64,000 bases of DNA from Octopus vulgaris (GCA_951406725.2 OX597824.1:57660001-57724000); one strand, 5' to 3'; counted from the first letter of the stretch, positions 26,170-39,534 are shown. The notes: generated from the sequence alone by a model not told the origin. A program made the numbers and translations.

Positions 26170-27990
26170 CTAGCAGTATAGACCGGCGTTGCCTAGGATT
26201 AAGTTAGGATTATTATGCTAATCAAGCGCTTTGTTTCATACCAAACTAAGACCGACGTCAAATTTGAGTGAAATTCACTCATCGATCGTTTTTTTGGGGG
26301 TGGGGGGAGAACTTGAACCATTCAAAGATCCCATGAATCCTAAGTAACGCCGGTATCAAGTTTGAACAAAAGACATAAAAATTGGTTGAAAATGTGGTGT
26401 AGCCACTTTTACGGAGAAATACTATAAGGAATCGGTCCATCGATTTTTCATCCTGATTGAATGGGAAACCCCATAAGGAATCAGTTTATTGATTTTTCAC
26501 CACAAACAGGACTTAACCGAACACAACATTACTGATTCAAAAAATCTATATTTATACTTTAAAGTTGGTTTTCACACCCAACCTAGTTCTGCAGAATATG
26601 TCACGACGTGAACGCGTGGGCTGGGAGTTTGACCGGAAGAGGTGATCAGGATGTACATGCTAGACCTTTCGACCCCTCCCCATCATCTAACACCCCTTGG
26701 CCCATATTTTATATATATATAGGTTCAGCAAAAATTTAGATTCAAATGAATATGGTACTTAATTTAGATGCACCAGAATTCTGTATGGTGTTATCCATAT
26801 AAATCCGTGGGGTGGTTACAATCAAAATAAGCAACAAGAATGACTCCGGTAATTTGGTACGATCGTTTCGTACTACATCATTTTATTAAATGCTGTAAGT
26901 ATTACAACAGTTTTAAAATGCTGAGTACACACCAGCCAATTATAGTGGTTTTCCACTTGATATGAACATTTTTGTATTAATGGAAAACCTCTATAATTGG
27001 CTCTATATCAGCATTTTAAAACTGTTGTAATACTTACAACATTTAATAAAATGATGTAGTACGAAACGATCGTACCAAATTACCGGAGTCATTCTTGTTG
27101 CTTATTTTGAGTATATATATATATATATATACACACAATATGTTACATTCTCTGCTATATATATATATATATATACTTTTAATAGCGAATGTTTATCTAT
27201 GTAAAATGTTGGGAGTGGGTAAAATTTCCGAGGCTTCCACCTCACCCCAACTCGTTTTTCGGAGGTCACAAGAATTCATTCAACGAAAAAGAAATTCTCA
27301 ATGATTCCGGGATGGGGGGGAGGCCTCGTCCCACCCCATTTTCTCCGAACGAAAATAAGGGATTTGCAGCATATTAGGAGGTCAGGGTACTTGATTTCAC
27401 GCAAAAAAAAGTCCGATTTTTATTTTTTTCGCTAGTGAAAATCCTATGGGTGGAAAGATCGATAGGGGTGGGGGTGAAATTTTTGAGGCTTCAATCTCAC
27501 CCCACCCCGTTTTTGGACCCCCAAAAGGATTTTGTAGAACATTAGGAGGTCACAGGAATTCATTCAATAAAAAAAAAAGATTCCAATGATTCTGGGATGT
27601 GGGGTCCCCCTCGCCCTACCCCTCTTCTTTCCGAACCAAAATAAGGGATTTGCAGCATATTAGGATTTCAGGGTACTTAATTCCACGCAAAAAATCCGAG
27701 TTTTTTTCTTTTTTCTCAGTGAAAATCGTGCGGCTGTTAATCTAAAGTTTTTCCCTTTGTTTTTCTTTCTCGCCTTTGCTAGACAGGGGAATTAACTCAT
27801 GTTAGCAAACTTATGGATTTCACCGACGTGGAAATTGGTAAGAGTTATGGTTGAAAATCGATTTTTACCATTATCCGCGGACCCTCGGGGAAAATAAGTT
27901 GACAAAAACACAGCCATGATCGTGACCAATGTCCTCCTAAAATTGGAGCGACGTGCGTGCTAATTTGTGGACGTGCATAAATTACATTCA

Positions 27991-28053
<63 letters not shown>

Positions 28054-28074
28054 CCTGCCTTTTATAGATATAGA
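26170..28074 (-). mobile_element. Non-autonomous Helitron containing a PLE module and ~270 bp internal tandem repeats
   Basis: Minus strand starts A|TCTATATCTATAAAA and ends with hairpin GGC-AAC-GCC then TATACTG-CTAG|T: canonical TC...CTRR ends at an A/T site with no TSD. Confidence 0.75.
26720..27110. mobile_element. PLE pseudo-LTR inverted-repeat module with two decayed hammerhead copies
   Basis: Arms ~26822-26955 / ~26981-27110; each has GTAC-GAAAC-GATC-GTA-CCAA; same family as 36680-36815. Confidence 0.85.
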
Positions 28075-28076
28075 TA

Positions 28077-28250
28077 AGGCGAGCTGGCAGAATCGTTAAC
28101 ACGCCGGGGAAACAGCTTATTAGCATTTCGTCCGTATTTACGTTCAAATACCAACGAGGTTGATATTGTCTTTCATTCTCTCGGAGGTGATAAAATAAGT
28201 AGCAGTTGAGCGCTGAGTACTGTGGTCGAATAACCCTTTCCCCGAATTGG
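28077..28250 (+). mobile_element. SINE family B
   Basis: AGGCGAGCTGGCAGAATCGTTAACACGCCGGG head. Confidence 0.8.
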
Positions 28251-29899
28251 TGTGTGTGTGTGCGAGTGAGAGAGAGAGGGGGGAAACATACGCACACATA
28301 TATAGGTATATGAGTATATATCCCTGTGTTTTTATACACCTCGTCACAATGCGCTCTCTTGCATTGTTATAGCTTTTGAAAGGTGAAACCTGCTGGCTAA
28401 GCGGGCAGTCTAGCATTCCCACTCAGCAAAACACCGATCCTGCGCAAGGATTTCTGCAAACCCAGGAGAAACGGCACTGATGTCGGGCGTTGCAGTCATC
28501 CACGTCATCTTACAAACTGTCCGATTCTGACGCCAACGCTCCTCAATGCATCGCTGCCGAACTTAGTCTATTCAATCAACTGCACTGGTCTGGTTTATGT
28601 ATACATATACATACATACATACATATATATATATACATATATGTATATATGTATTTATACATATACATATACATACACACATATATATGTGTATATATAT
28701 ATATATATACACGTATACATTTATATATATACACATATATATATATATATATATATTTATATGCACACACACATGCATGTGTATGTATACATATATGTAT
28801 GTGGAGAGAGAGTGATACATAAACATATATAGACAGATATATTATACGTGTAGGTGTGTGTTTGTGTGCGTGTGTATGTATTTATGCATATGAGTTTGTG
28901 AGTGTGAGGGAGAGAAAGAAGAATGTTTCACGGCCAGTAATAGATACCTAAATATCAAGAGAAATCTGGTATGTTTAAATTAACGTCTTTCATTGGGCAA
29001 TGTGTTGAAATATATTTGTTAATTCTTTAAACTGGTCGTTCTTTGTGTTAAAGGATGGAGAAATTGTGTTCGTGTTAATATCAGAGATATGAAATAAACA
29101 TTTACTCTTGTTTGTTTCTACGAACGTGTGTATGCTGCTGAACTTGCAATTACATACATACATACATACACACATAATTGCACACCCAAATACACACATA
29201 CGCATATATTTTAAGTTGTTTAAATACAAAATAAGGGAAATTCGCAATTCACGGCAAAGTACTCAATACAAAAAGTGAAGTGGAAATAGGTTTTATTGAT
29301 ATATTAAGATGGTGTTTCTTAGACAATTATTCCTATTTTTATAGGGAATTCTTCTGTGTGTGTGAGGAAGAAACGTATATGAACAGAGTGTAGTTAATTT
29401 TCGTTTAAATTATGCTACGTACGTTTTGATAGCAAAGCTCATTATTTGTCTACAATGTTTTACATATGAGGTTACGTAACACGGATTACTTTATATAAGT
29501 TACATATTCACCCATCATTTTAGGCATTTTGAACGGTTGATACTTCTATTTGGTCTGTGATTTTTTCAATTCGAATTTTAGGGAATATTTCGAGGCGGTT
29601 CAACATAATCTCACCACCTACTGGGGGGGGGGTGTAACACACATAATATAATTCATGTTATGTAATCTAAAGTAATAAAAATAATAAGAAGGCTCAAAAT
29701 ACATTCCAACTCCTAATTTTATGAATTGGACCAAGTAAACAAGACTATAAAATGCTGTTATAACAAAATATAACAGATTCAGCATAAGTAAACGATATAC
29801 AAACATACATACCTACCTATTTACCCACCAACTTGCATATACATACATACATACATACATACATACATACATACATACATACATACATACATACAACTT

Positions 29900-30660
29900 C
29901 CACAGAAACAGTGATGTTGACAGGCTCTACCTAAGAAAAAATGAAGCTCGTAGAGGCCTTGAATGCCGTATGGTATCACTCAAGCAGCACCTGTTAAACA
30001 ACAGCAGGAAAAATATATATATTAATGCAGTCCTGAAAAGTGGAGTGAGCAACATTGTACAGGTTGGCAGTGAATTCCTTCCTGATCACCTCCTATACAG
30101 CCCCAAAACAGCTGGGCTCTCTGATGAGCAGACCTGAATGGAAAGCACACAGCATAGAAAAAAAAGACCATGCATGGGTATGTTGACTGGAAGCTTGAAG
30201 AAGACAGTAGAATTGACACGAAGCGCAGCCTCTCTTGGACACAAGACCACTAAATCACATCGCACTTTGAAGGCTATGCGTTTGTAATCCAGGAACAGGG
30301 AATTGCCACAAAGTACCTGGTGAACAAGAGAAACAGTGACGCTCTTGTAATCCCAAGACGCAACCGCATGTGTAGACTATGTCATGTTTCTATGGAAGAC
30401 ATTACACAAGTGATTAGCAGCTTTCCTAAAATGTCGTCACAGTACTACTTCCTTATGCGCTAAAACAATTGAGACAAATGTCTATGTCTGCAGGGCAGCT
30501 AACCTCATTGAGGTTAGCTGCCCTGCAAGACATAGACATCACTTTGAGAATCTAAGACAAAGAGGATATCTATGGACAACTTCTTCCAAACCTGCAGCTT
30601 CTATATCCAGACTATGAATTCATATTCATACCAATAATAATTGGAGCACAAGGTTTCGTT
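29900..30660 (+). mobile_element. Dong/R4-like LINE 3' fragment with internal deletion
   Basis: MHGYVDWKL, FEGYAFVIQEQGIATKYLVNKR, CRLCH...EDITQVISS, then YGQLLPNLQLLYPDYEFIFIPIIIGA. Confidence 0.75.
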
Positions 30661-30713
30661 GGTAAATGGAGACATGCCCAACACACACACACATACACAC
30701 ACACAAACACACA

Positions 30714-30781
<68 letters not shown>

Positions 30782-31388
30782 TCACCAGTTAGTTGTCCAT
30801 TTTTATATTGTGTGTCTGAAGCGTCGGGAACATTGTATAAGTGCAATATGCGACGTGAAACCGACAATAACATTTTGTCCAGTTATATACCAAAACTAGT
30901 GACATGTGTATATGTGTGTGCACGTGTGTGTGAGAGTGTGTGTTAATGAGAGAGTGTGTGTAGGGGGAAGGAAGTGCGTGTGTTCGCGTGTGTGTGTGTG
31001 TAGACACAAATACAAATGTGTGTAAGATTGAAAGCAAGGGCAAGAAAATTAATGCCAATAAAATGCACAAGAAATCTTAGATTCAATTCATCTAGTTACT
31101 ATAAACTTTAGTTAAACCCACCAATTCCTGAACAGTGTTTATAGAAACAACAGTGTCGGCAATTACTACAAAAATGAACTAGACTTAACGTTAAGGAACT
31201 GTTCAAAATATTGCATGGTAATAAGTTAATGATAAAGGCATTCATTATAAAAGTTTGTGGAAAATGCCATAATACAAAAACAAAGTAGTTAACGATAGAA
31301 AATAGCTTTATTAAATATCGCTGATCATGCGATATGCATATATATATGTATGCATACATATTTGTATGTGTGTGTATACTCGTATATA

Positions 31389-31429
<41 letters not shown>

Positions 31430-31754
31430 CTTTATATTTCTTTATACCCCCTTTACATCTCCTTACAACTCTTTATATCTTTATCCTCTACATTTTTATA
31501 TTATTCTATACTTACACTTTTTATACATTTTTTATCCCTCGTCCCGAACTCTCGCCCCTCCATCTTCACCTCTATATATGTATTTATTTATTTACATTAC
31601 CTCAACATCCAATTTTCCTCATTCTACATTGAGAGAAGAGATGGACGCTTCAATTCTATGCTGCTGCCGCATTATGTCGTACGTGAATGAGAGGATTTGC
31701 ATCCCCAACCCAGAATTTTTGATGTAACACATGTCCTTGCGGAAGCTGTTGTGC

Positions 31755-31832
31755 GCGGCTGAAGAAGGCCACAGACATACATTATGCATTGTTATAAATC
31801 TGTCTAATAAAGGCCCGAAACATATGTACCGC
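31755..31832 (+). ncRNA. Type I hammerhead ribozyme, long stem II (family H1), in PLE 3' module ~31430-31945
   Basis: GCGG-CTGAAGA-AGGCC...GGCCC-GAAAC-ATAT-GTA-CCGC; 51 nt between core boxes; predicted cleavage after GUA at 31828. Confidence 0.85.
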
Positions 31833-31944
31833 TGAATCCTTCGCATCATGTTTTTATTTTATTTTGATCAATTTACTCCACCACCTACACCACCAAACGG
31901 TATACACAGGTGCTTATAATCATCAAGTACTCACCCCGAATTCC

Positions 31945-31986
<42 letters not shown>

Positions 31987-31993
31987 TATATAT

Positions 31994-32078
<85 letters not shown>

Positions 32079-32534
32079 TATAAAACTTACTTGGAAGAGG
32101 ATGAGTGGTGTTCAATCATATAATATATATATATATATATATGTATACCTTCGACACACGGAGTAGTCGAAGCAGGGGCAGCTGAAGAAGGGGAATGTTC
32201 CTTGTGTTGTATGTCTTGTTTGTTTTTTCGTTGTTTGAAAAAGTCCGTTTCCATGTTTTTGTTTTTATGTTTTCGTTACTCGTGTTCTACGATTTTTTGG
32301 TCTCCTGTACCCATATATGCATGTATATATACATATAGATGTAGGTATGTATATATATATGTATGTATGCATATGTTTTATTTTTCAATTTGTTATATAT
32401 ATGTATATGTGTATATATATATATGTGTGTGTATATATATATTTATATATATGTATGTATATATATATGCATATATACATACATATATGTACATACATCT
32501 ATACGTATATATATATATATATGCATAAGTGCAC

Positions 32535-32850
32535 ACAGGACGTCACAAAACGTGTACAACAAAAAATACGAAGCACGAGTACATGGAACATGAACTGGAA
32601 AGCAAAACAAGCAACATAAAGAGCGACTCTTCATCAGATGTTGAGTGTTTTTCTAGTCTCGTATTTCGAGCATTTTGTTTTAAAATGCTCGAAGTACGAG
32701 ACTAGAAAAACAGCCAACAACTGATAAAGGGTCGTTCTTTATGTTGCTTGCTTTGTTTTCCATTTATGTCTTTCTTAGATCGAAAGAATAGTTCATCTTC
32801 CATGTACTTGTGCTTCGTATTTTTTGTTGTACACGTTTCGTGACTTGTAC
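32535..32850. repeat. Fold-back inverted repeat of a PLE-type module in (TA)n
   Basis: Arms ~32540-32676 / ~32682-32845 around a short T/A spacer; related to ~10250-10410, ~32147-32315 and ~57048-57162. Confidence 0.85.
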
Positions 32851-32857
32851 CCTCATA

Positions 32858-32938
<81 letters not shown>

Positions 32939-33264
32939 TTGTGTGTATGTGTGTGTGTGTGTGTGTGTATAAATGTAAGTACGTACATATACATATGTAT
33001 ATATGCATATATATATATCAAACTAAAATCATTGAAAAGCAAATACAAGGTCAACCGCATGTCATTTCATAATTCGAACATTTAATTATAGAATAAACAT
33101 ATAACCCGCAAGATGGAACAAAATTCATATGTACAGCACGTAATAATAATAATATGGTATGGTGCGAGAAAAATTCTTATCATTAAAACTTAGAATTAAT
33201 ATTCTAGCGATTCTAGCGATTTTTATATATATATTTTTATATATTTATTTATATATATATTTTT

Positions 33265-33341
33265 TCCCCTGACGAAGGAGGTATTATCTGAATGCACCCT
33301 AGTGCTTTAAACATAATACACCCCTGAAATGGCCATAGGGA
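33265..33341 (+). ncRNA. Type I hammerhead ribozyme, long stem II (family H3)
   Basis: TCCC-CTGACGA-AGGAGGTATTAT...ATAATACACCCCT-GAAAT-GGCC-ATA-GGGA; predicted cleavage after AUA at 33337. Confidence 0.85.
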
Positions 33342-33799
33342 TAAGTAAACATGATTTCCTTCTTATACATAAGGCTTATTTTACCTGATTAAGATTTCTA
33401 AACGATGAACCTTATTTTACTTTATTTACACGATATATATATATATATATATTATATTTTTTATATGCTCCTATATGTATATATATTTATATATGTTTTA
33501 TATATTTTTATATGCCTATATTTTTATATACCTATATATTTTTATATATTACTTATATTATATTTTACTTTCTACGTCCTTTTATAAATGTATTCTCTTT
33601 GAATCGCTAGAATATTAATTCTAAGTTTTAATGATAAGAATAACATTTTGTCCAGTTATATACCAAAACTAGTGACATGTGTATATGTGTGTGCACGTGT
33701 GTGTGAGAGTGTGTGTTAATGAGAGAATATCCTATTGCACTTATACAATGTTCCCGACGCTTCAGACACACAATATAAAAATGGACAACTAACTGGTGA

Positions 33800-33867
<68 letters not shown>

Positions 33868-34505
33868 TGTGTGTTTGTGTGTGTGTATGTGTGTGTGTGT
33901 TGGGCATGTCTCCATTTACCAACGAAACCTTGTGCTCCAATTATTATTGGTATGAATATGAATTCATAGTCTGGATATAGAAGCTGCAGGTTTGGAAGAA
34001 GTTGTCCATAGATATCCTCTTTGTCTTAGATTCTCAAAGTGATGATGATTATCAAACTAAAATCATTGAACAAGCAAATACAAGGTCAACCGCATGTCAT
34101 TTCATAATTCGAACATTTAATTATAGAATAAACATATAACCCGCAAGATGGAACAAAATTCATATGTACAGCACGTAATAATAATAATATGGTATGGTGC
34201 GAGAAAAATTCTTATCATTAAAACTTAGAATTAATATTCTAGCGATTCAAAGAGAATACATTTATAAAAGGACGTAGAAAGTAAAATATAATATAAGTAA
34301 TATATAAAAATATATAGGTATATAAAAATATAGGCATATAAAAATATATAAAACATATATAAATATATATACATATAGGAGCATATAAAAAATATAATAT
34401 ATATATATATATATCGTGTAAATAAAGTAAAATAAGGTTCATCGTTTAGAAATCTTAATCAGGTAAAATAAGCCTTATGTATAAGAAGGAAATCATGTTT
34501 ACTTA

Positions 34506-34582
34506 TCCCTATGGCCATTTCAGGGGTGTATTATGTTTAAAGCACTAGGGTGCATTCAGATAATACCTCCTTCGTCAGGGGA
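34506..34582 (-). ncRNA. Inverted identical copy of hammerhead H3
   Basis: Exact reverse complement of 33265-33341 within the ~33170-33635 / ~34200-34680 inverted duplication. Confidence 0.85.
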
Positions 34583-34838
34583 AAAAAATGTATATATAAA
34601 TAAATATATAAAAATATATATATAAAAATCGCTAGAATCGCTAGAATATTAATTCTAAGCTTTAATGATAAGAATTTTTCTAAAACGCATAGCCTTCAAA
34701 GTGCGATGTGATTTAGTGTTGTATTTGCTTGTTCAATGATTTTAGTTTGATATTTTTGTCTCTTCCAATAGAGCACTTCTATTGCAATCCTATTAAACCT
34801 TTTTTTGTTCCTGACAAGAAACAATTATTGTATCGATA

Positions 34839-34890
<52 letters not shown>

Positions 34891-34908
34891 AATAAATGAA
34901 AGAATGAG

Positions 34909-34995
34909 GTTGAACGACATATGTTTCGAAGGCTGCATATTCCTAATTTCGAAGGAATAAGGGGTGCATTATGCCGCCTTCTCATCATGAAAAAC
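34909..34995 (-). ncRNA. Hammerhead motif, long stem II (family H5); core C3 mutated, stem I weak
   Basis: Minus strand: aTGATGA-GAAGGC...GCCTTC-GAAAC-ATAT-GTC; perfect 6-bp stem II base and GUC triplet. Confidence 0.65.
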
Positions 34996-35086
34996 AAGGA
35001 ACTTATGTCAGCATCAAGGTGCACAAAAACTTTTAGATGGCTGCCCACACGGGGCCCATAGCGATAATGATATATATATATATATA

Positions 35087-36815
35087 GATTTTAAAAAACG
35101 TCTAAACAATCATTTTTTCTCTTTTAGGCTCAAACATAAGGCAAGTTGCACAACATTATGTAGTAAAATTTGGGAACTAAAAACAAATAATATAGAATTC
35201 AACCTAAAATGGAATATAGTTAGAAGAGCGCAATCTTATAGAAATAATAGGGATGGTTGTCAACTATGTTCTATGGAAACTTATGAAATTTTTGAAACAT
35301 CAGAGTAATACAAATCTGTTGAATAACCGTTTGGAGCTGGGATCATCTTGTATACATCGTACGACCCGAACGTTTAAATACTTTAAATAATAATTTTGTG
35401 AATATTCCTATATTTTTCAAATTTTAATTCTTTATAACCAAATAAGAAGGAATATACTATACTAGTTTTCAATTTAACATTTATAGATGGTTAAAATAAC
35501 TTCACTTCAAACTTAAAATTGAATTCTTTTTTCTAAAATTAAACTGTATGAATCTAAATAGTTGGAATCCTAAATAGTATGAATCCCAAATAGTAGGAAT
35601 ACTAAATAGCATGAATCCTATGTCCCTAAAGAAACTATTCAGTTCCCCTTGATTATCTCACTTCCGTTTCTTAATATATAATTAGTTTAAGATATATCTG
35701 CAAAATATATTTAACCAAATAGGAACGAGTATACCATACTGGTTTTAGTTTGACACCCATAAATGATTAAAAAACTTCATTGCAAACTTAGAATTAAATT
35801 CTTCTTTTTTATAATGTTCTCCAATACTAAGTAGTATTAATCCTATGTCCCTGGGAAACTTGGTTCATCTTGATTATCTCACTACCATTTCTTAATATAT
35901 AATTAACCTAAGATATTTTTATCTAACTAATTAACTTTTATCCGCAAGTAGTAAATTTTATTTCCAATTGATTCTATATTTTAATTCATTAATATCGACT
36001 CACTATCCATGAAATTTGAATAATTTACTCTTCTAAATTACCTCTCTTCATATTATAAAATATCGCCTACTAAACCTATGAATATCTTCCTTCTTTGATT
36101 TTCCCTCTTCCATCTTTCTTAGTATATATTTTGACCCCTAATATGTTTACATGATTAATAAAGCTTTTCTCCCCAGTTAATAAGTACTATGCCTACTCAC
36201 AATAAGTGATAGTCTCTTTCTCCAAATTTGAATAAATTCTAGATTTATATTTTTTCCTTTATTCTAACATGTCAAAGTACTTGGAACTTATAGACCAACT
36301 GTTGTGATGATATGCATAGGGTCTGTAAGGTCTCTGCATTCTCTGTGAATGTTATTCTGACCATTTGACATTGACCTAGTTCTCCTAACGCCTAATCAGT
36401 TCATCAAATACTAGTAATTGGCATTTAGTTGTGACAATGCTGTCTTCTACATAAATTCCTCATATGGAGCTATGACACCCCCTTTACCCCATTTCTATAA
36501 TTAGAAAATCTTTATTGTCTCCTTTCATTTGTTCTTCCCTCTCAGAACATTACAGTAGTCTGGAATAACTGAATCTTAGTCAGTCAGTTGATGGGCTCCA
36601 CTACCTCAAATGTTCTTAAAATTTAAATCACATCTTTGTCTATGTATCTACCTTCTCTATAATGTTGCCACTTGTATTAATGGAAAACCTCCATAATTGG
36701 TTGATGAGTGCTCAGCATTTTAAAACTGTTGTAATACTTACAACATTTAATAAAATGATGTAGTACGAAACGATCGTACCAAATTACCGGAGTCATTCTT
36801 GTTGCTTAATTTGAT
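35087..36815 (+). mobile_element. 5'-truncated Penelope-like element: GIY-YIG endonuclease C-terminal half, long 3' UTR, hammerhead-bearing pseudo-LTR
   Basis: 35087-35390 reads FKKRLNNHFFSFR...TTLCSKIWELK...FNLKWNIVRRAQSY...CQLCSME/(frameshift)NLLNNRLELGSSCIHR...YFK*. Not in the ORF track. (TA)n on both sides. Confidence 0.85.
36697..36782 (+). ncRNA. Hammerhead motif, long stem II (family H2), C3 to U mutation
   Basis: TTGG-tTGATGA-GTGCT...AGTAC-GAAAC-GATC-GTA-CCAA; the sister copy at 26854-26939 (minus) keeps the C. Confidence 0.75.
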
Positions 36816-37247
36816 TATATATATATATATAAATCTTAGAGCGAGTTATAAACTGTAGCTGCAACACATCGTGACGTATATTTGTTATTTAAATATGGCT
36901 AACGACTAAGGGTGGATGCTACTGTAGTTTGTAGCCCCAGAAGGACACCTCCTCCAGCTGGCTTTAGACACACTTTCTGTGCCCTATCAGTATTTGCAAA
37001 AGGAAGCCATCCTTCCCGTCTTCAACTTATGATACACACGGACTCGAGTTTCTGGGTATTGACCCGTCATATATATATATAGTGTGTGTATCTATGTATA
37101 TGTGTGCCTTATTGTAAACATACAAGTGTATCTATATATGCGTTTGCGTGTATGAGAGAGACTATATCTTGCTGTTCGTTGCCTCTAAACGTGACCTTTA
37201 ATTCCAACCCTAACACTTCTTCATACTAAGTCAATAGAGCAACCTCC

Positions 37248-37500
37248 AAGTGGGCGTTTGACCTGCTGAAAATACGTGCCAAATACCAAGCAACTAAGTG
37301 GACACTTGACCTGCTAGAAATACCTGCCAAATACAAAGCAATCTCAAAGTGGATGCTTGACCTGCTAGAAGTACCTACCAAATCTTTCTCAATATTCAAC
37401 AATATAGTTTGGGAGAAATATCCGGATATATGGGCTTACCCAACCAGAACTGACCTTGGGATAAACAAAAACAGCAACAGCAATAACAACAATAACAACC
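37248..37500 (+). repeat. Retroposon 3'-tail-like fragment with three tandem ~50 bp units, ending in an (AAC)-rich tail
   Basis: AAGTGG....TTGACCTGCT..AA.TAC.T.CCAAAT three times; similar tail at ~14785-14950. Confidence 0.6.
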
Positions 37501-37606
37501 ATTGCCATATTCAAAATAATCATCGCTAATGGACATGATAGCCTTTTATGATAACTGACAAAAACGATTATGGTCACACAAACATGCGCATATGTATACG
37601 CCAACG

Positions 37607-37653
<47 letters not shown>

Positions 37654-38454
37654 GCGCACATACGCACACGCACACACAGATGTATATATATATACACATA
37701 TACATATATATTTGTTCATATATCTCTCTCTTCTTTTTCTATCTCTCTTTTCTCTCTATTTCTTTGTCGGTGCTGAAGACAAGTATAGACGAGAAAACTC
37801 ACTGATAAATATCTTCAAAAGGATAGCACCCCTTCATACACACACCACTCACATCATCTAAGCTACGCCTCCTACCACACATACCCCCGTCAGCCACACC
37901 ACACTTTTCGATGACATTCAAAATTGAACGTCAAAAGTATTAACAACGAGAACAAGAATAACAACAACAACAACAACAATTGCAGCATAAGATAACAATT
38001 ACTTTAAGAAGGAAGGGAAAATGACAGAAAGAATGCAAGAAACAAAGAACAGGCAAAGAAGAAAAGGAAGAAAGATGGTGACGTTTGATTGAAAGCGTCC
38101 ATATTAGAAAATATTTTGGGAGTGGTGGCAACTAGTTATAAAATAAAATAATGACAACAATATAGTTGAAGGCAATGATGGTGATGATGATGATGATGAT
38201 GATGATGACGATGACGACGACGCTAATGACAACTAAGACGGTGATATTATTGATAATGATTACTATTATCATTGAGGTGATAAATGTGATCCGTGAAGTA
38301 TAAAAAGAAAACTGATTAATATGGAAAAATTCACTAAGTGTAATATATTATTTTTCCATTAGAGAGAGCAAAAATCTGACATTTTATGTAGGATTCTGTG
38401 ATGAACGGCATCAGACCAAAACGTCAGTTTAATCTTTTCCATTCCATATCATAT

Positions 38455-38742
38455 TTTATAAAGCCTAGTACTTATTTCTATATTCTATTTTGCAGAACCG
38501 CCAATTTACGGGAACGTAAAAATACCAACACCGGTTGTGGGGGACAAACACAAACACAAAGGTACACACATAGATATATACATATACATATTTATGACGA
38601 GTTTCTTTCAATTTCCATCTACCAAATCAACTTGCAAAGCTTTAATCGGACCGAGGCGATAGTAGAAGACACTTGCCCAAGGTAACATGCAGTGGGACTG
38701 AACCCGGAAACATGTGCATGAGAAGTAAGCTTCTTACCACAC
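38455..38742 (-). mobile_element. SINE family A
   Basis: GTAGAAGACACTTGCCCAAGG...GCAGTGGGACTGAACCCGGAAAC. Confidence 0.8.
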
Positions 38743-39534
38743 ATCGACAACATTATAAACATTTACCACCAACGCACGCCATCACTAGTTCCCCGATTTC
38801 TAATGCTTCATTCTCTTAAATATATGTTTTCCTTGGGGACAAGGCCACATTACTTGGCTGTTATTCTATTTTTTCCTGTGTTCTACCAATACTCACATCC
38901 GCCTTTCTAAACTATTACTTTCAGCTAACCAAACAAATGCTTTAAGTACGATCCAATCCCCTACTAGTACTAAAGAGCGGAATGTTCTTAAGATTCTTAG
39001 ACGTCTACAGAAGACTGACCGTCCTGTACCAGTGGGTGCTTAAACGGACGCTAGTCAGAAGGCATAGCCTTTTACTATCATTCACATCTACTATTATTGA
39101 CTTACCTGCCAGATCCAGAAAGACCCTTTGTATCTACAAGCCTAATTCTTTTCGGAAAAACACTACTACCCACCGTCCAATCCCATCAGACCACTAGATG
39201 AATTCGTTTTGGGGTTGAATGCGTGCGTCCCAGAAATTTTGGTTTCATTACTGGATATTACATCTTGAGGTCGTTGAGCAAGTAGTCTTGCGTCCAATCT
39301 GACCCCAGACCACGTGCATTCATACATCTTACTCTAAGTGATATTATGTTTATTGAAGAAAATAGAGAACGCAGTTACATAAATTATCTCTTGTGGGGTG
39401 GAAGTCTGTGTTCGTTTTAAGATGGGTGTTCCTTGAAAGACCCTTGTAAAAACGTTTTGCTTACCGATTTTCTGAAAATCCCAGTTGTCCGAGTCAGTAT
39501 GACAAATTTAATTTGTTTTTTTTTATTAGTACTC

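Noticed and set aside
37248-37385. Regularly spaced direct repeats resembling a CRISPR array
   Set aside because: Degenerate tandem duplication without unique spacers, eukaryotic context, no cas genes.
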